From NCBI GenBank assembly GCA_001643675.2, contig LSRY02000027.1, positions 372,001 through 436,000 on the forward strand: a DNA stretch of 64,000 bases. The letters are read 5' to 3'. The position numbers and the translations under genes are program-made. Below the pieces are notes generated by a model. That model was not told the DNA's origin and searched no databases. It was given only the letters and a program-made list of their open reading frames with translations. This DNA comes from Monocercomonoides exilis PA203 (Eukaryota > Protista > Preaxostyla). Below, one piece after another: positions 52,801 to 64,000 of this stretch (the stretch's first letter is position 1; each line of letters opens with the position of its first letter).

Positions 52801-55800
52801 CCAAACAATATTGCCACTGCTGCCATTTTCGTTGTTGTTCTCTTTTGCCTGCTTCCACATCACCCAGAATATTTGCTGTGTTGTGTTGTCTGTCTCCACA
52901 AGTGCCAGGAACCACAGTAGCTGAGCCACCACCTTTGAAAGAGCAGTAAACAGCTCGTATGCAAAGCGGGGGTTCTTCGTCAGAATCAAGTGGAGCAGAG
53001 TAGCCATCGGTAAGTGTTTGTTGTACGGTGCAGAGAATGCTGGGTGTCCTTTGAATCCAGAGGCAACAAATGGAGCGATTTGAGGGAATGGGTTGGGAAG
53101 TGCTTGGTGAACAGTATTTTTTGGAACGGCGTTTGATGGAACAAGTGATGAAGCAGAATGTGACGCTGTCTGCTCAGAACATCCCGTGTGCTTCCAAAAC
53201 GAAGACGCAAAAAGAGCTCCAATCGAAGAGAAATGCATCGAGCTGGTGGCAGCAGGCTTGCTCGTCCCGCTTTTCTCACCTAAAGAGTCAAGCGTCTCTG
53301 ACTCAGAAGAAAATGACCCGAAGCCATAGAGTGCGCGTAGTGAGCTGAGTGATGATTGATACAGCATAAACTTCTCACCTGTCTGCGACCGCTCGTTCTG
53401 GACCTTCAGGTCTTTGTTCTCCACATTCAGCACACGCTCGCTGGTAAGCCAAGAGAGAGTCACAATAACACGCGTCAGCGCTTCTTCGAACTCCAAAACA
53501 GAGAAGCTGCGGAAGAGAGAGAACAAATCATATGCTTCGGCTGTTGATGCTGCTAATCGAGAAAGAACAGGAGATTCAACAGTTTCTGCTGAAGAAGAAG
53601 ACGATGACGATGCTGTTGAAGCTTCCACAATTAGCCCAACACCATCTTGTGCGACAGTTCCTCTGCTTATCGCGTCAGCAATCTTCTGTGCTCTTTTCTG
53701 AGAAGCAGAAAGTGTGCTTGAGAGCGACGACGCAGCCGATGTGCAAATAGAAACAAGAAAAGAAGCGAGAACAGAATGCACTCTGGACGAAGTGGTAGAC
53801 AAAGACAGAAGAGTCAGGATGTCTGCAACAAAAGGCAGATTCGACGGATTCTTCAGCGAATTCATCTGAAGAGCACCTACGCTGGTGGTTGTTTCTTCTT
53901 CACTTGGATTGTTTATTATGAGTGGAATCCCAACACCAGACAGTGCGTACAAACGAGACACTTTCGCTTGAACATTAACATTTTTCTCGGTTTCAGAATC
54001 ATTTGTTGGTTGTGATGAAGAAGCAGCCTTCAACATTTGCTTATCTTCTGCTTTGCATTTTTGGTCTTTCTGTTCCGTCTGCATGAAATTACCTGTCTGA
54101 CTAACTTCATCTGTCTCTTTGCCTCTCTCTTTCATCTTTATCTTTTCGAGTGTGTTGTGTGGAGGCGCCAAATTAATCGAAGCAAAGCTCCAATTGGAAG
54201 CATCTGAACTGAGAAGCGACAGAAACACTTGCATCAGCCGCGGGTTGTACATCAAACAGGGCGGCTGCTGAGAAGAGGGTTTGGATAAAGCAGCTTGCAT
54301 GTTTGATATTAGAGACGATGTAATGGGAGAAGGATCAAGTTGAGTGAAGAGGAAGGGAACTAGTGCACAACGACACTTCTCTTCTCCTTCTTCTGATGAA
54401 GAAGAGGAAGAAGAAGAATTCGAAGAAGACTTAGTTTGTTCTTTTCTAATTGAAGGTGCTGAAATAAATGCAAATTGAGGTAAAAATGGCAAGGTAGAAG
54501 ATAAAGTTGATGATGGTGATGAAAGTGGTTGAGGCTCAGTTGAATCTCTTCTGAAGCTCGTAAATCTTCTCGCAAAGATGTCCATTTGGCTCTGCATTTC
54601 CTGCTGAGTGTCTGCCAATTGTGTTGAGTTTCCAGGAAGCATTTCGTCGAAGAAGTCTTCGGAAAACAGAGGATGAATCCTCATCTTCTTTGCAATTGGC
54701 AGCTGTGAGCAAGAAAGAAGCGATGTGTCTGAATATGTTGCAAAGAAGTAGAATCTGCACAAAGACGCTAAAGAAGTCTGTTGGAAGCGGTTCAGCGACA
54801 CGCGCCTACCGTTCTCGAGGCGGCTATTCAGAAGATGAAGAGCGTGCTCTCTTCTTTCAGCCTTTTGAAGAGGAGTCAAAGAAGAAGCAGACGAACATTC
54901 GCTCTCCATTTTACTGCTTCCACTCGTATTTGCTGAAAATGTGCTTTCAAACTCCTTCAATAGGTCATCATCTGGCTCAAATAGCAGCTTGTGATAATCA
55001 ACTTGGCTGTCCCTCTCCAAACTGTCGAACTGATCACCTGTTGGATTCTTCAATGCAATTGTCATTGAAAGAGCAGCTGCTTCTTCATCACTCATCCAAC
55101 TGTTGTTTCTCTTCACTGGGCAGACGATGTTATCCCACGCATCCAACTCCTTTTCAATCACTTTCATCACATCTTCGAGAATCGCCTCTCGATTTTCTTC
55201 TGTACCTTCTTTCATTTCAGTCACCGCATTAACTTCTTCTTTCGCTTCTTTTTCTTCTTTTTCTTCAGCTTTCTGTTCTGTTGGTTTCTCCTTCTCTTCC
55301 TTCTCCTTTGAGCTTTGTTCAATTTCTCTGGAAAATTTCTTCTTGACAATCCGTATATAGCGTTCCATGTATTTGAGCATCTCTTCTTTTTCTTCTGCTT
55401 TTCGTTCGACCTTCTTTCTCTCATCCTCTTCTCCTTTCTCCGTCAAAAGCAGTGCCCTGCATTCGTCTCCCTTCCATCTTTTAGCAGCTTCCATCCACTT
55501 CCTCACCAGCATCATACCGTCTTCCACAACTTGCTCTCCAAATATCCCGTGCAGCCCAACAACCCTCCACAGCCGATGAAGCAGCGCCTTCTCTTCTTCC
55601 TCTTTCTCTTTTCTTTTCTTCTGCAGATCTGCAATGAGCTCGTTTCTCAGTTCACTTTCTTTGCTCAGCATCTCCTCCTGTTTCTGACCCCATTGCTTCA
55701 GCATCCGCTTGACTGCTTTTCCTCCGATTTTGTGCTTCTCCATCACTTTTGTCATTCCCATGCCTCTGATCAACGCTTTCTTTATCTTCTTTCTGCGCAT

Positions 55801-58800
55801 CTCAATCTTTGCGGCAGGTTCTTGTTTAAAAGAAGCGAGCTCATCAGACACAGACGAGAAAGGCAGAAGATACAGCCACAGCAGAAGAGGAAGTGCAGGC
55901 AATATTCTGCTTAAGATGGAGTTGTGGAACGGAGAGAGCATCAGAAACGAGAATGCGTGCATGAACAATTGGCGCAGACGAGGAGAATAAAGAAACTTCG
56001 GAAGGGCAAAAGAAGAAGGAATAGTTTGTGCATTTTGGGCATTGGAAGTGTCATTTTCTGACGAAGCTGATGAAGACATTGAAGAATTGGGACAAAACTT
56101 CAATGTGATTCCATCTGTTTGGAACGGCGTGTTTTCAGCAGCAAAGGCAACAGGTCTCATAAACAGCGCACTCACAAAGTAAACACTCATGTACAAAGAC
56201 GAAGATGTCTGCATAAATGGAAGTGTGCCTTGTGATGCCTGAATGAATGAGAAGAGCGATGCTGCCCAGGCAAATGGAAACAGATTGGGATGAAGCAAGA
56301 TCAATGCATGAAGAGCTGTGTGCGGATCAGCCAATGAGGAATAAGGTTTATCTGATGAGCAAATAGAAGAGACGGTATCAGAGAGAGATCGGTTTGTCAT
56401 TGATGATGCCATTTCGTGTGCATATACACAAAGGCACTGAAGAAGAGGCAAATGGAACTGTGCTTCATTTTCCTTGTCAGATGCTTGCGATGATGCCGCT
56501 GGCTCTTCCATTGAGCGAACTTCGATTCTTTTGTTCTCAAAATCAACTTCTGATGAGGTGAAAAGCGAGGCTACGCCAAACACTGTCGGAGGAGCACAGT
56601 TGATTGCATTGAGGCATTTGAGTGGTTGTGGAGATGCTTCGCAAACAGAAGAAGATGAAGAGCACATTGAAGCAGCAATTTCACTTTCTCCTGATGAACG
56701 TGATGAACAGCTGAGATTGTAAGTTGCACTTTTCAATGCGAAAAACAGCCAGCTGTGAAATTTATCCACAACAACATTTAAAACCTGTGAAGAGCTTTTG
56801 TCGTTGGCTGATAAATTTTTGTAGAAAGATGTCTTAAGAGCATTCTGATGATATGACAGCATATGCGACAAGACTGCTGCCAAGCACAGAATTGTCCTGT
56901 CAGTCAGCAGAGTTCTCTGTTCAATGGTTTCACCTCCAGAAGAAGCAGAAGATATTTCACCAGACGAAAGAGAAGTCGATGTAAGTGAGCGAACAATGTC
57001 AACAAATGGATGAGTGGAAGTGCTGAAGAATTCGTCGTGTTCAGACGAAGGAAAAGCAGAAACTGTGTGTGGATCTAACGGAACAGATGAATATTTATCA
57101 GATTCTGATGGTGGAATCATTGATGATGATGCTGAAGATGATGATGTCGAGGATGATGAAGATGCAGTCGATTTGTCAAAAGGATTCTTTATTTCGGCAT
57201 CAATCTTTGGTGACACATCATCTATTTGTGGAGATGTAACGAGTTTCGAGTCTTGTTTTTCTTCTTCCTTTTCAAAATCGTTGAGCTTCTTTGTCCCTCT
57301 CATAATCGAATATGTCTCAATGATGTCTTCATCTTCGCTATCCACCAGCAGCGTCTGTGCTTCTGGCATCCGAGATGGTATCAGCTCATTCAGCTTCTTA
57401 AATCCTGTGTCAAGCGTGCTGCGTCTCGGTTTGCCCGAAGAAATCAGGCTGTTTTCCAGAAGCTGAGAGAAGCCTGTGATTTTGACGCTGTTGCCCAGTC
57501 CATTGCAGAGCTGGCGGAAGAAAGGAGACGAAGAGAATGACATTGATTCGGCTGAATAATTGCTGGTTGCTGAATCACAAGACATGGAAGACGAAGAAGA
57601 AAAAGAGCTGTTGGAGTTATCAGATATGAACTGAAGAGCGTTGGTTAGAATTGTTTCGCTCTCAAAAATCGGCTTCTTTTGCTGATGCTCCAACTGACGG
57701 AAAAGAGGAGTCCAGAAAGCTTCGGCGATATCTCTCTTTTTCTCAACCTGCCGGCTTTTCTTTGCTGACGAAGCAGATTCCTGTTTAACAGCAGCTGAAG
57801 ACTGAGGCTCTGAAGTTTGTGTAGATTCACTCGGTTTCGGTTGATGTAGAAGTCCATCGTCATCTTCTAGTGCAGCATCTTCATGTGATTCCTCAATTTT
57901 CACTTCATCTTTTGTCTCTTTATTGCTTTTGCCTTCACCAGCGCTTTCAGATTCAGTTTGAGCAGGTGAAATTGCATCACCAATTTTAATTTCTGCTTTG
58001 TCCTTTGTTTCTGAATCATTCCTGTTATTCATCTTATTTTCTGTGCTAATTCTAAGCTGTCTTGCTGAAAGGTTTTTCTCATAGCGTTCTTCTTTTGTAA
58101 AGAGAAGAGCACCCGCAATGGAGTTGTACAGTTGCTCCGTTTGTTCCGTTTTGCTTTCTTTGCGATCAGCACATGAAGCATATGTCATAATTGTTGCTAT
58201 TAGCAATGCAGCTGATTCTGTCAGAATCGTTTTGCTTGAGGCATCTGTCGCCTCAAATGAAAACGGATACTCAGAATCTGAAAGAGAGGACTGAGATGAA
58301 GAGGAGGATGAAGAAGAGGTTATTTCTGATTGATCCATTGGAGAAGTTGAAGTCAATGATACTCCAATTGATGCTTTTGTGATTGTAAAAGTTGGTAAAT
58401 CGTCACATGAAGCCATTTGTGTTTCAGAGTTCAGATGAGGCACAAGAAATGCATACAACGGATGAATAGATCCCATCGCATTGACTCCTCCCGCTGCAAA
58501 TGGGCTTCTTCCTCTGCTTTTTTGAGCAGCTGTATTTTGGCTGAAGTTGGTGCTTTCGTGCAACAAGTCAATCAATTGGTGCCAAAAGGATGTTTGAGGA
58601 GAGTTGAGCTTCGGGTGGCAGAATATGCTGCACAGCAAGGATATCACAACATTCTTTGCTGGCGCAACTCCTTCCTTCCTTGTCAGCTTCGAGTGATGGC
58701 GAGTGTTGCTGGAAGATCGAGAGCGAAGCGGAGAAGAAGAGAATGAGAAGGAAGATATCGATGGCGAACGATCTGGAGCAGAAGGAGCAGCTGTTCCTGC

Positions 58801-60394
58801 TGCTTCTGTTGATGTTGCCGAAAGCGATGATGATGGCGGCAGAGGTGGTGATGGAGAAGACGCAACAGACGATTGAGGTGAAAGCAGGAGAGGTGAATTT
58901 GACACTTGATTCAAGGCAGCTTCTGAAGGTGCATTGGAAGCAGATTCTCCGTCTTTCTCTCTCAGCAAAGACAAGCACGATGCTTCTGCCAAAAGCGGTT
59001 GATAAACTTTTATATTCCAGATGTTTTTCCTTTTTGTGCTGGTTCCATCCGTTTTGTTGTCAGAATGACGAATTCTCTTTTCCTTGCAGGCTTCGCTGTT
59101 AAGAAGCGCCACAAACGCCAGATGGGCCAAGCCAAGAAGAACGTGCGACTTTAAATAGAGTAAATGAATAGCAGCCTCATCCGAGCAGCTGTCTTGTTGT
59201 TTTGATGAAGCATTTTCAACGGATGAGTTTGAACCTTCGTCTTTTTGGCTGGTGCTTGTTTCAGCGTTTGTGCCATTGTTTGACGTGTTTTCTGACAATA
59301 TGTCCAAAGCAAGCTTTGCTAAATCAGATAGCAAAAGCCTCTCTTTTGTTCGTTTTTGAAGTGCCTTGCCTGATCGATCCTGTGAATTCTCTGAAATTTT
59401 GTCTTCATTTGCATTTTCTTCTGCTTCATTCGTTTCTGAAGCCCCTCCAACTTTTATTCCTTCTTTCGCTTCATTTCCCAAATCATTGCGCTTTGCAAAA
59501 GATTTGTACTGCTTCTCTTCTTTTGACACTCCTTCTTTTTGAATTTCAGAAAAATTGCTCCTTAAAGAAGATAGAAAACTTATTCTCCCCAAAAAGTTCG
59601 GATGCAGAAAAGGAAGCGCTAAAAAGAGATTAGAAACTGCAATCACATATTCTTTATTATATGAAGATGCATCCTTGCTTGGAGCTTTTAGCTTTTTTGC
59701 CTCAGAAAGAAGAGAAAAATACAATTTCTCCGATAACCGTTCTGAAAATGTTTGCTTGAAAATACTTTTGTTCGGAAATTAAATGAAATTGGAATATCAT
59801 AAATAGAAGAATAAAAAATAACTATTATAAGTTCATTCATACAAAATATTAGCGTTTAGAATCATAAGAATTAAGTGAAGGACAAGTGGATCAAAAAGTG
59901 GCGGAATCATCCCAACGTACAAATACAATTTCTAAAGGAATTAAAATAAAAAATATGCTTATTCATACGAAAAAAGATTTTTTTCATACCTTGAGATATT
60001 CAAGTTTTGATTCTGTATTGCTTTCTTTAATAAGAGTAAATGCACATCCCAGCATTGCTTTTGCAATAATGCGTTGAGAAATAAATTTGAATTCACTTTT
60101 GGAATTCTCTTTTAAGTTTTTAAAATGGGCAACATCCAAACTACTTTCGTCTAAAGATTTTGAATGAAAGCATTTTATTTCATTGAATAATATCGAAAAA
60201 TAAGATTTTTCATCGTTATAATTTGTATATTTAAGTGGTCTTTTCATGGTGCAAAGGAGCTTTGTGAAAGTTTCTTGTAATTTGTTTTGAAGTTCCTCCT
60301 CAGAAAATTGACATTCATCGGAAATATCCTTTAAAATGAATAATTTCAACGCAAATTTATCAATAAAATAACAAATAAATACATCAATATTCAT
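28804..60394 (-). CDS. HUWE1: Giant HECT E3 ubiquitin ligase, HUWE1/Tom1/UPL1 type; exons 60394-59990, 59931-59843, 59764-28804, ~10,480 aa; 5' end uncertain
   Basis: C-terminal HECT domain (FEGEEGIDAGGVGREFY, YFKFVGRMVGKAI, FITGTSKVP, LPSAHTCFNQLELP with catalytic Cys, ending EGSEGFGFA). HUWE1-type UBMs (SPSFLAALPPELVAEV; LPPNERTEV...LASLPNDFREEA) and UIMs are present. Upstream exons join by in-phase GTATGA...AG introns 59989-59932 and 59842-59765. Confidence 0.92.
32651..32731. repeat. (GAA)27 coding trinucleotide repeat (poly-Ser, TCT on the coding strand) in the HECT gene
   Basis: Perfect 81-nt run. An adjacent (GAAGTC/T)n hexamer run at ~32565-32608 encodes (ST)n. Confidence 0.9.
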
Positions 60395-60875
60395 TTATTC
60401 CTAAAGATTTCAATGTATCAAAAAAAGGACCCCAAATAAATAAATCTTTGATCTGAGTTGCCCCACAATGTGCTTTGTTGTTTGTTTTTCGTTCACCATC
60501 AGGAAAATTTTCATTTTCAAAGAGAGATATAAATAATATTTAAAATAAAATCAAAATATTACGATTTAAATTCATAATGAAGTTGAATACATAACTGTTA
60601 TTCAAAAAAAATTGTCTTATTCATCGTTTAGCAAGTGATATTAAATTGAAATCTTATTTTCAAAGGTTGTTTGATATATAAACAAAATGTTTAATAATTT
60701 TTTTCTAAAAAAATGCAACATGTTTAATTGAGAGAAAAACAACAGAAATTTTTTGATCTTCCCAATATATAAATAATAAATTTGTGCGCTAATGATTGCA
60801 ATCAGTAAGTAGATTAATATAAATATCACAAAAAATTTAGTGAATTCATAGTTGAATATCCTTATTTGTTTAATA

Positions 60876-61247
60876 ATGTCTCAAGTTAACACTGAAACAA
60901 AGCCAGTTCCAAAAGTTGATAAAGCCGCAAAAGTTGCTGGAGATAAGAAAGAGAGAAAGAAGAAGCGTCATGAGACCTATTCTAGCTACATTTACCGTGT
61001 GTTGAAGTCTGTTCACCCAGAAACTGGAATCTCAAATCGCGCCATGGCAATCATGAATTCTTTCATCAATGATATCTTCGAAAGAATTGCAACAGAAGCA
61101 TCTCGTCTTGCTCGTTACAATAACCGTCACACTCTCACATCTCGGGAGATCCAAACAGCTGTTCGTCTTCTTCTTCCTGGTGAACTTGCTAAACATGCAG
61201 TTTCTGAAGGAACAAAATCTGTGACAAAATACATGTCAAACGCATAA
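60876..61247 (+). CDS. H2B: Histone H2B, intronless, 123 aa
   Basis: [46 protein letters not shown]...[32 protein letters not shown]. The first ATG is at 60876; the track's TTG start at 60852 is unlikely. Confidence 0.98.
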   Translation: MSQVNTETKPVPKVDKAAKVAGDKKERKKKRHETYSSYIYRVLKSVHPETGISNRAMAIMNSFINDIFERIATEASRLARYNNRHTLTSREIQTAVRLLLPGELAKHAVSEGTKSVTKYMSNA

Positions 61248-61301
61248 GTGTCTGACAATTCAAACATTTTAGTTGTTTTTATAGTTTTTCTTTTTTATGA
61301 A

Positions 61302-61317
61302 AGTGTTTTTTAACACA
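61302..61317 (+). promoter_or_regulatory. Candidate histone mRNA 3' stem-loop
   Basis: AAA-GTGTT-TTTT-AACAC-A: a 5-bp stem with a 4-U loop, ~55 nt after the H2B stop. Confidence 0.45.
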
Positions 61318-62095
61318 TTCTTAAAAATAATAAATAATCTTATTACTGAAAAAGAAATATTTTTATTTTTCTAATAATTTTTTAAAACAGAAAAAATTTT
61401 CTATGTTTAACGTTTTCTTAAAATTGTTTTGATCAAGAAGTTAAGAAAACTGAGAGAGGAATAATTAATGAAGTTGGAAAATAATGAATTAGTTTTTTTA
61501 ACCAAAAATACAAAGTAGTAACTTTAAGTCAAATTGTAGCTTTCACTTAAAGCAGATCAATCCAAGGCAATGATAAAGTTAAAGAAATAATACATAATAT
61601 AGAGAATCCATCAAAATCAGCTTTTAATTGTGTTTTATAAAATTGTTAATTTGTAAAAATTAAGAATCTGGTTTTTGCAGAACAACGAAAAATGGATACA
61701 TAGCTTTAAATCATATACAATGCAGTTTCTTTTTGTGATTAAAAAAATAAGAAAGAAAAATCTCAAAGCAAATATTTCCATTTCAATGAGAATGACAAGA
61801 TAAACATCCATGAAATCAATACATAGAAATATTTGCAATACATACACACCTTCCACAATTGAACAGGCAAATTGCAGAATGAAATGATGAAGGATAATGA
61901 ATAAGAAACAATTCTTCAATAAAAGTTAAGAAAAAAAGGTGATTGATTAACTGCATAACAGAAAAGAAAACTCAAAGCAAAAACTCAAATATTACAGCAA
62001 CGTTCATTCGTTTGTTTAAACCTCCTGCATCCCCAACGCACATATCCAGCGGCTCCATTCCATCACCAAATTCTTTGCAAATCCTGATTGCTCTC

Positions 62096-64000
62096 CTACC
62101 AAGAAACCATTTCACTGATTGTACTTCCTTCGCTCCTTTCTCCCTCGCTCGCATGCTCCTCGTCAATTGCGTCTGAAACAGTCACAATCGTTGCTCCCTT
62201 CGGAAACCGCTGGATGAATTCCCGTTTCAAAAAAATCAGAGTCGGCCGTTCATTTTTCTGTTGAGATAAGCACTTTTCAATTACTTCTATAATTTCAGGA
62301 TTGTTACTCACAAAAATCGGAGGTCTTTCTCCTTTTGTAATCTTATCTCCAGCAATCACAGCCTCATATTCTCCAAATGGGATTATCAATGTTAAGCACT
62401 CCCACAGCATCATCCCGATCGAAAAAGCTACTGTTTTCTTTGTTGCATGTTTTTTCGTTCCATCCAACAGCTCTGGCGCCATCCATCTTAGGTACTCTTT
62501 TCTGTTATCATCCTCATCCTCAAACGCAGATGAGGGCAGAGAGTCATCATCATCATCGCTGGTAGAAGTCACAACAGTTGATGAGGAGATGGAAGAAGAG
62601 TCTGAATCTTCATCAGACAAGAAGTCTGAATGCATGACAATGCAGATGACCATGTGCTCTGAGAACAATACAATGTGGGGACTCAAACTTGATAATGTCT
62701 GAAGAGGATTGTCCATCTTATCAAATGAGTGGAGAGCAAGATTAGCAACCCAGAACAGGATCTGCGCAGCTGTCATCTCCCTCTCCTTCAACGTGCCAAT
62801 CGCCATCTCCTTCTTCTCATTCCTTCCATGCAGCAACATGAACAGAGAATCCCTCAAATCCACAATCAGCTTCTCATGAGGGGATGAACAAGCCATTGCA
62901 TCCACCAAGTTCGACATCGAAGAGGTGGTTGGGCACAGATCCTCTCTGCGAACAAATGTGGAATCTGAATCAGTCGTTGAAGTGGTGGAAGTTGATGAAA
63001 TGGATGGTGAAGGTGTTCTTTTTCTTATTTCTTCTTCTTCAACCTTCTCCAGCATCCATTGAGGAATCTTGTCTGAATCTCTCCCCAAAATATATTCGGT
63101 TGAGCCACTCTCAGAAAGAAGATGCTCTGAAGATTCAGAGTGTTCCATATTCGTGCCATATATTCTCTTCTTCATCCTCTCATCGTTCTTCTTCTCTACC
63201 TCCCTCTCTGCTCTCCTCCACTGCTCCTCTGGTGACATCTCCATCGTCACCATCTCGAATGCCTTCGGATCCTTCTTTATTGTGTCATCAACAATCTCCT
63301 TGTATTTTTTCGCTTCTTCTTTTGCCCTTCTCCATCGAATAGTTGCCACAATCGATGCAACAAGAACAATCAAGAACAGCACAGCAAATATCACAATCAC
63401 AATCAATGCCCATGATGATTTTCCTTCTCTCCCTCCTTCAACAATCCTATCATCTCCTTTTGATTCAATCATACTTTTATTCTTAACAACAATGTGATTC
63501 GTAGAGCATGGTTTGTCTGGCTTTCCAAACAGGATAAAACATTCCACAGATGATTCCTCCGAAGCTTTCGAAATAGTTGATGATGAGATTAATCCGGCTG
63601 CCGAACTCTCATTGATGTATCCTTCTTGGTGAAACTGATACGTCTCGATCAATTCTGAATCGTTGTTTGCAACAACAATTCTAAACGAAAGGTTGCAAGG
63701 CAAAAGAAGAGTTCCTTTGAATGTCAACTTTGTTTTCTCTTTTTCTCCTCCTGCTTCTTCTTCAACTGCCACTGAATCGAGTGTTGGCAAGAAGAATGGA
63801 GATTCTCGCTCTCCAGCTATTCCAGACAAAGCGCATCCTCCATCCAGAATCCACAGTGAGGTGTTGTCTTTCACTCCATCTCCTCCTTTCAGACTAACAA
63901 TATTCAGTGTGTCACCCCCACTGCATGCAATGTTCCTTCTCGCTGACCGATATTCCGCAATAGACGCACCGTTGCCAGCAAACTCTCCTTTCTCGATTGT
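62096..64000 (-). CDS. 3' part of a second receptor-pseudokinase paralog; continues beyond the window end
   Basis: The frame is open to 64000 (TIEKGEFAGN...RRNIACSGG...VSLKGGDG). Same TM and juxtamembrane sequence as 20235..28298, plus RWMAPE, FSIGMMLWECLT, GERP and RPT. Confidence 0.88.
   Translation of the reverse strand, partial: TIEKGEFAGNGASIAEYRSARRNIACSGGDTLNIVSLKGGDGVKDNTSLWILDGGCALSGIAGERESPFFLPTLDSVAVEEEAGGEKEKTKLTFKGTLLLPCNLSFRIVVANNDSELIETYQFHQEGYINESSAAGLISSSTISKASEESSVECFILFGKPDKPCSTNHIVVKNKSMIESKGDDRIVEGGREGKSSWALIVIVIFAVLFLIVLVASIVATIRWRRAKEEAKKYKEIVDDTIKKDPKAFEMVTMEMSPEEQWRRAEREVEKKNDERMKKRIYGTNMEHSESSEHLLSESGSTEYILGRDSDKIPQWMLEKVEEEEIRKRTPSPSISSTSTTSTTDSDSTFVRREDLCPTTSSMSNLVDAMACSSPHEKLIVDLRDSLFMLLHGRNEKKEMAIGTLKEREMTAAQILFWVANLALHSFDKMDNPLQTLSSLSPHIVLFSEHMVICIVMHSDFLSDEDSDSSSISSSTVVTSTSDDDDDSLPSSAFEDEDDNRKEYLRWMAPELLDGTKKHATKKTVAFSIGMMLWECLTLIIPFGEYEAVIAGDKITKGERPPIFVSNNPEIIEVIEKCLSQQKNERPTLIFLKREFIQRFPKGATIVTVSDAIDEEHASEGERSEGSTISEMVSW

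Overview
Eukaryotic, AT-rich protist genomic DNA with short GT-AG introns (about 50-160 nt) and very long Ser- and Glu/Lys-rich low-complexity proteins. The gene style suggests an oxymonad such as Monocercomonoides, which is inference only. Seven protein-coding genes, in order: (1) a >=3,400-aa USP1-like deubiquitinase whose catalytic His and Asp boxes are about 2,130 residues apart; (2) a 6-exon signal-peptide plus 5-TM protein with prominin/CD133-like topology, only partly visible in the ORF track; (3) head-to-head with it, a Cid1/TUT-type terminal nucleotidyltransferase; (4) a ~2,665-aa single-pass receptor with a repeated ectodomain and a degenerate tyrosine-kinase-like pseudokinase tail; (5) a ~10,480-aa HUWE1/Tom1-type HECT E3 ligase with one 31-kb exon and UIM, MIU and UBM ubiquitin-binding motifs; (6) histone H2B, divergent from the E3, with a candidate histone 3' stem-loop; (7) the 3' part of a second receptor-pseudokinase paralog. 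Intergenic DNA holds a 450-bp TIR element (Tc1/mariner-like MITE), a (GA)56 microsatellite with a polypurine tract, and a possible integrase relic. No rRNA, tRNA or CRISPR array was recognised.
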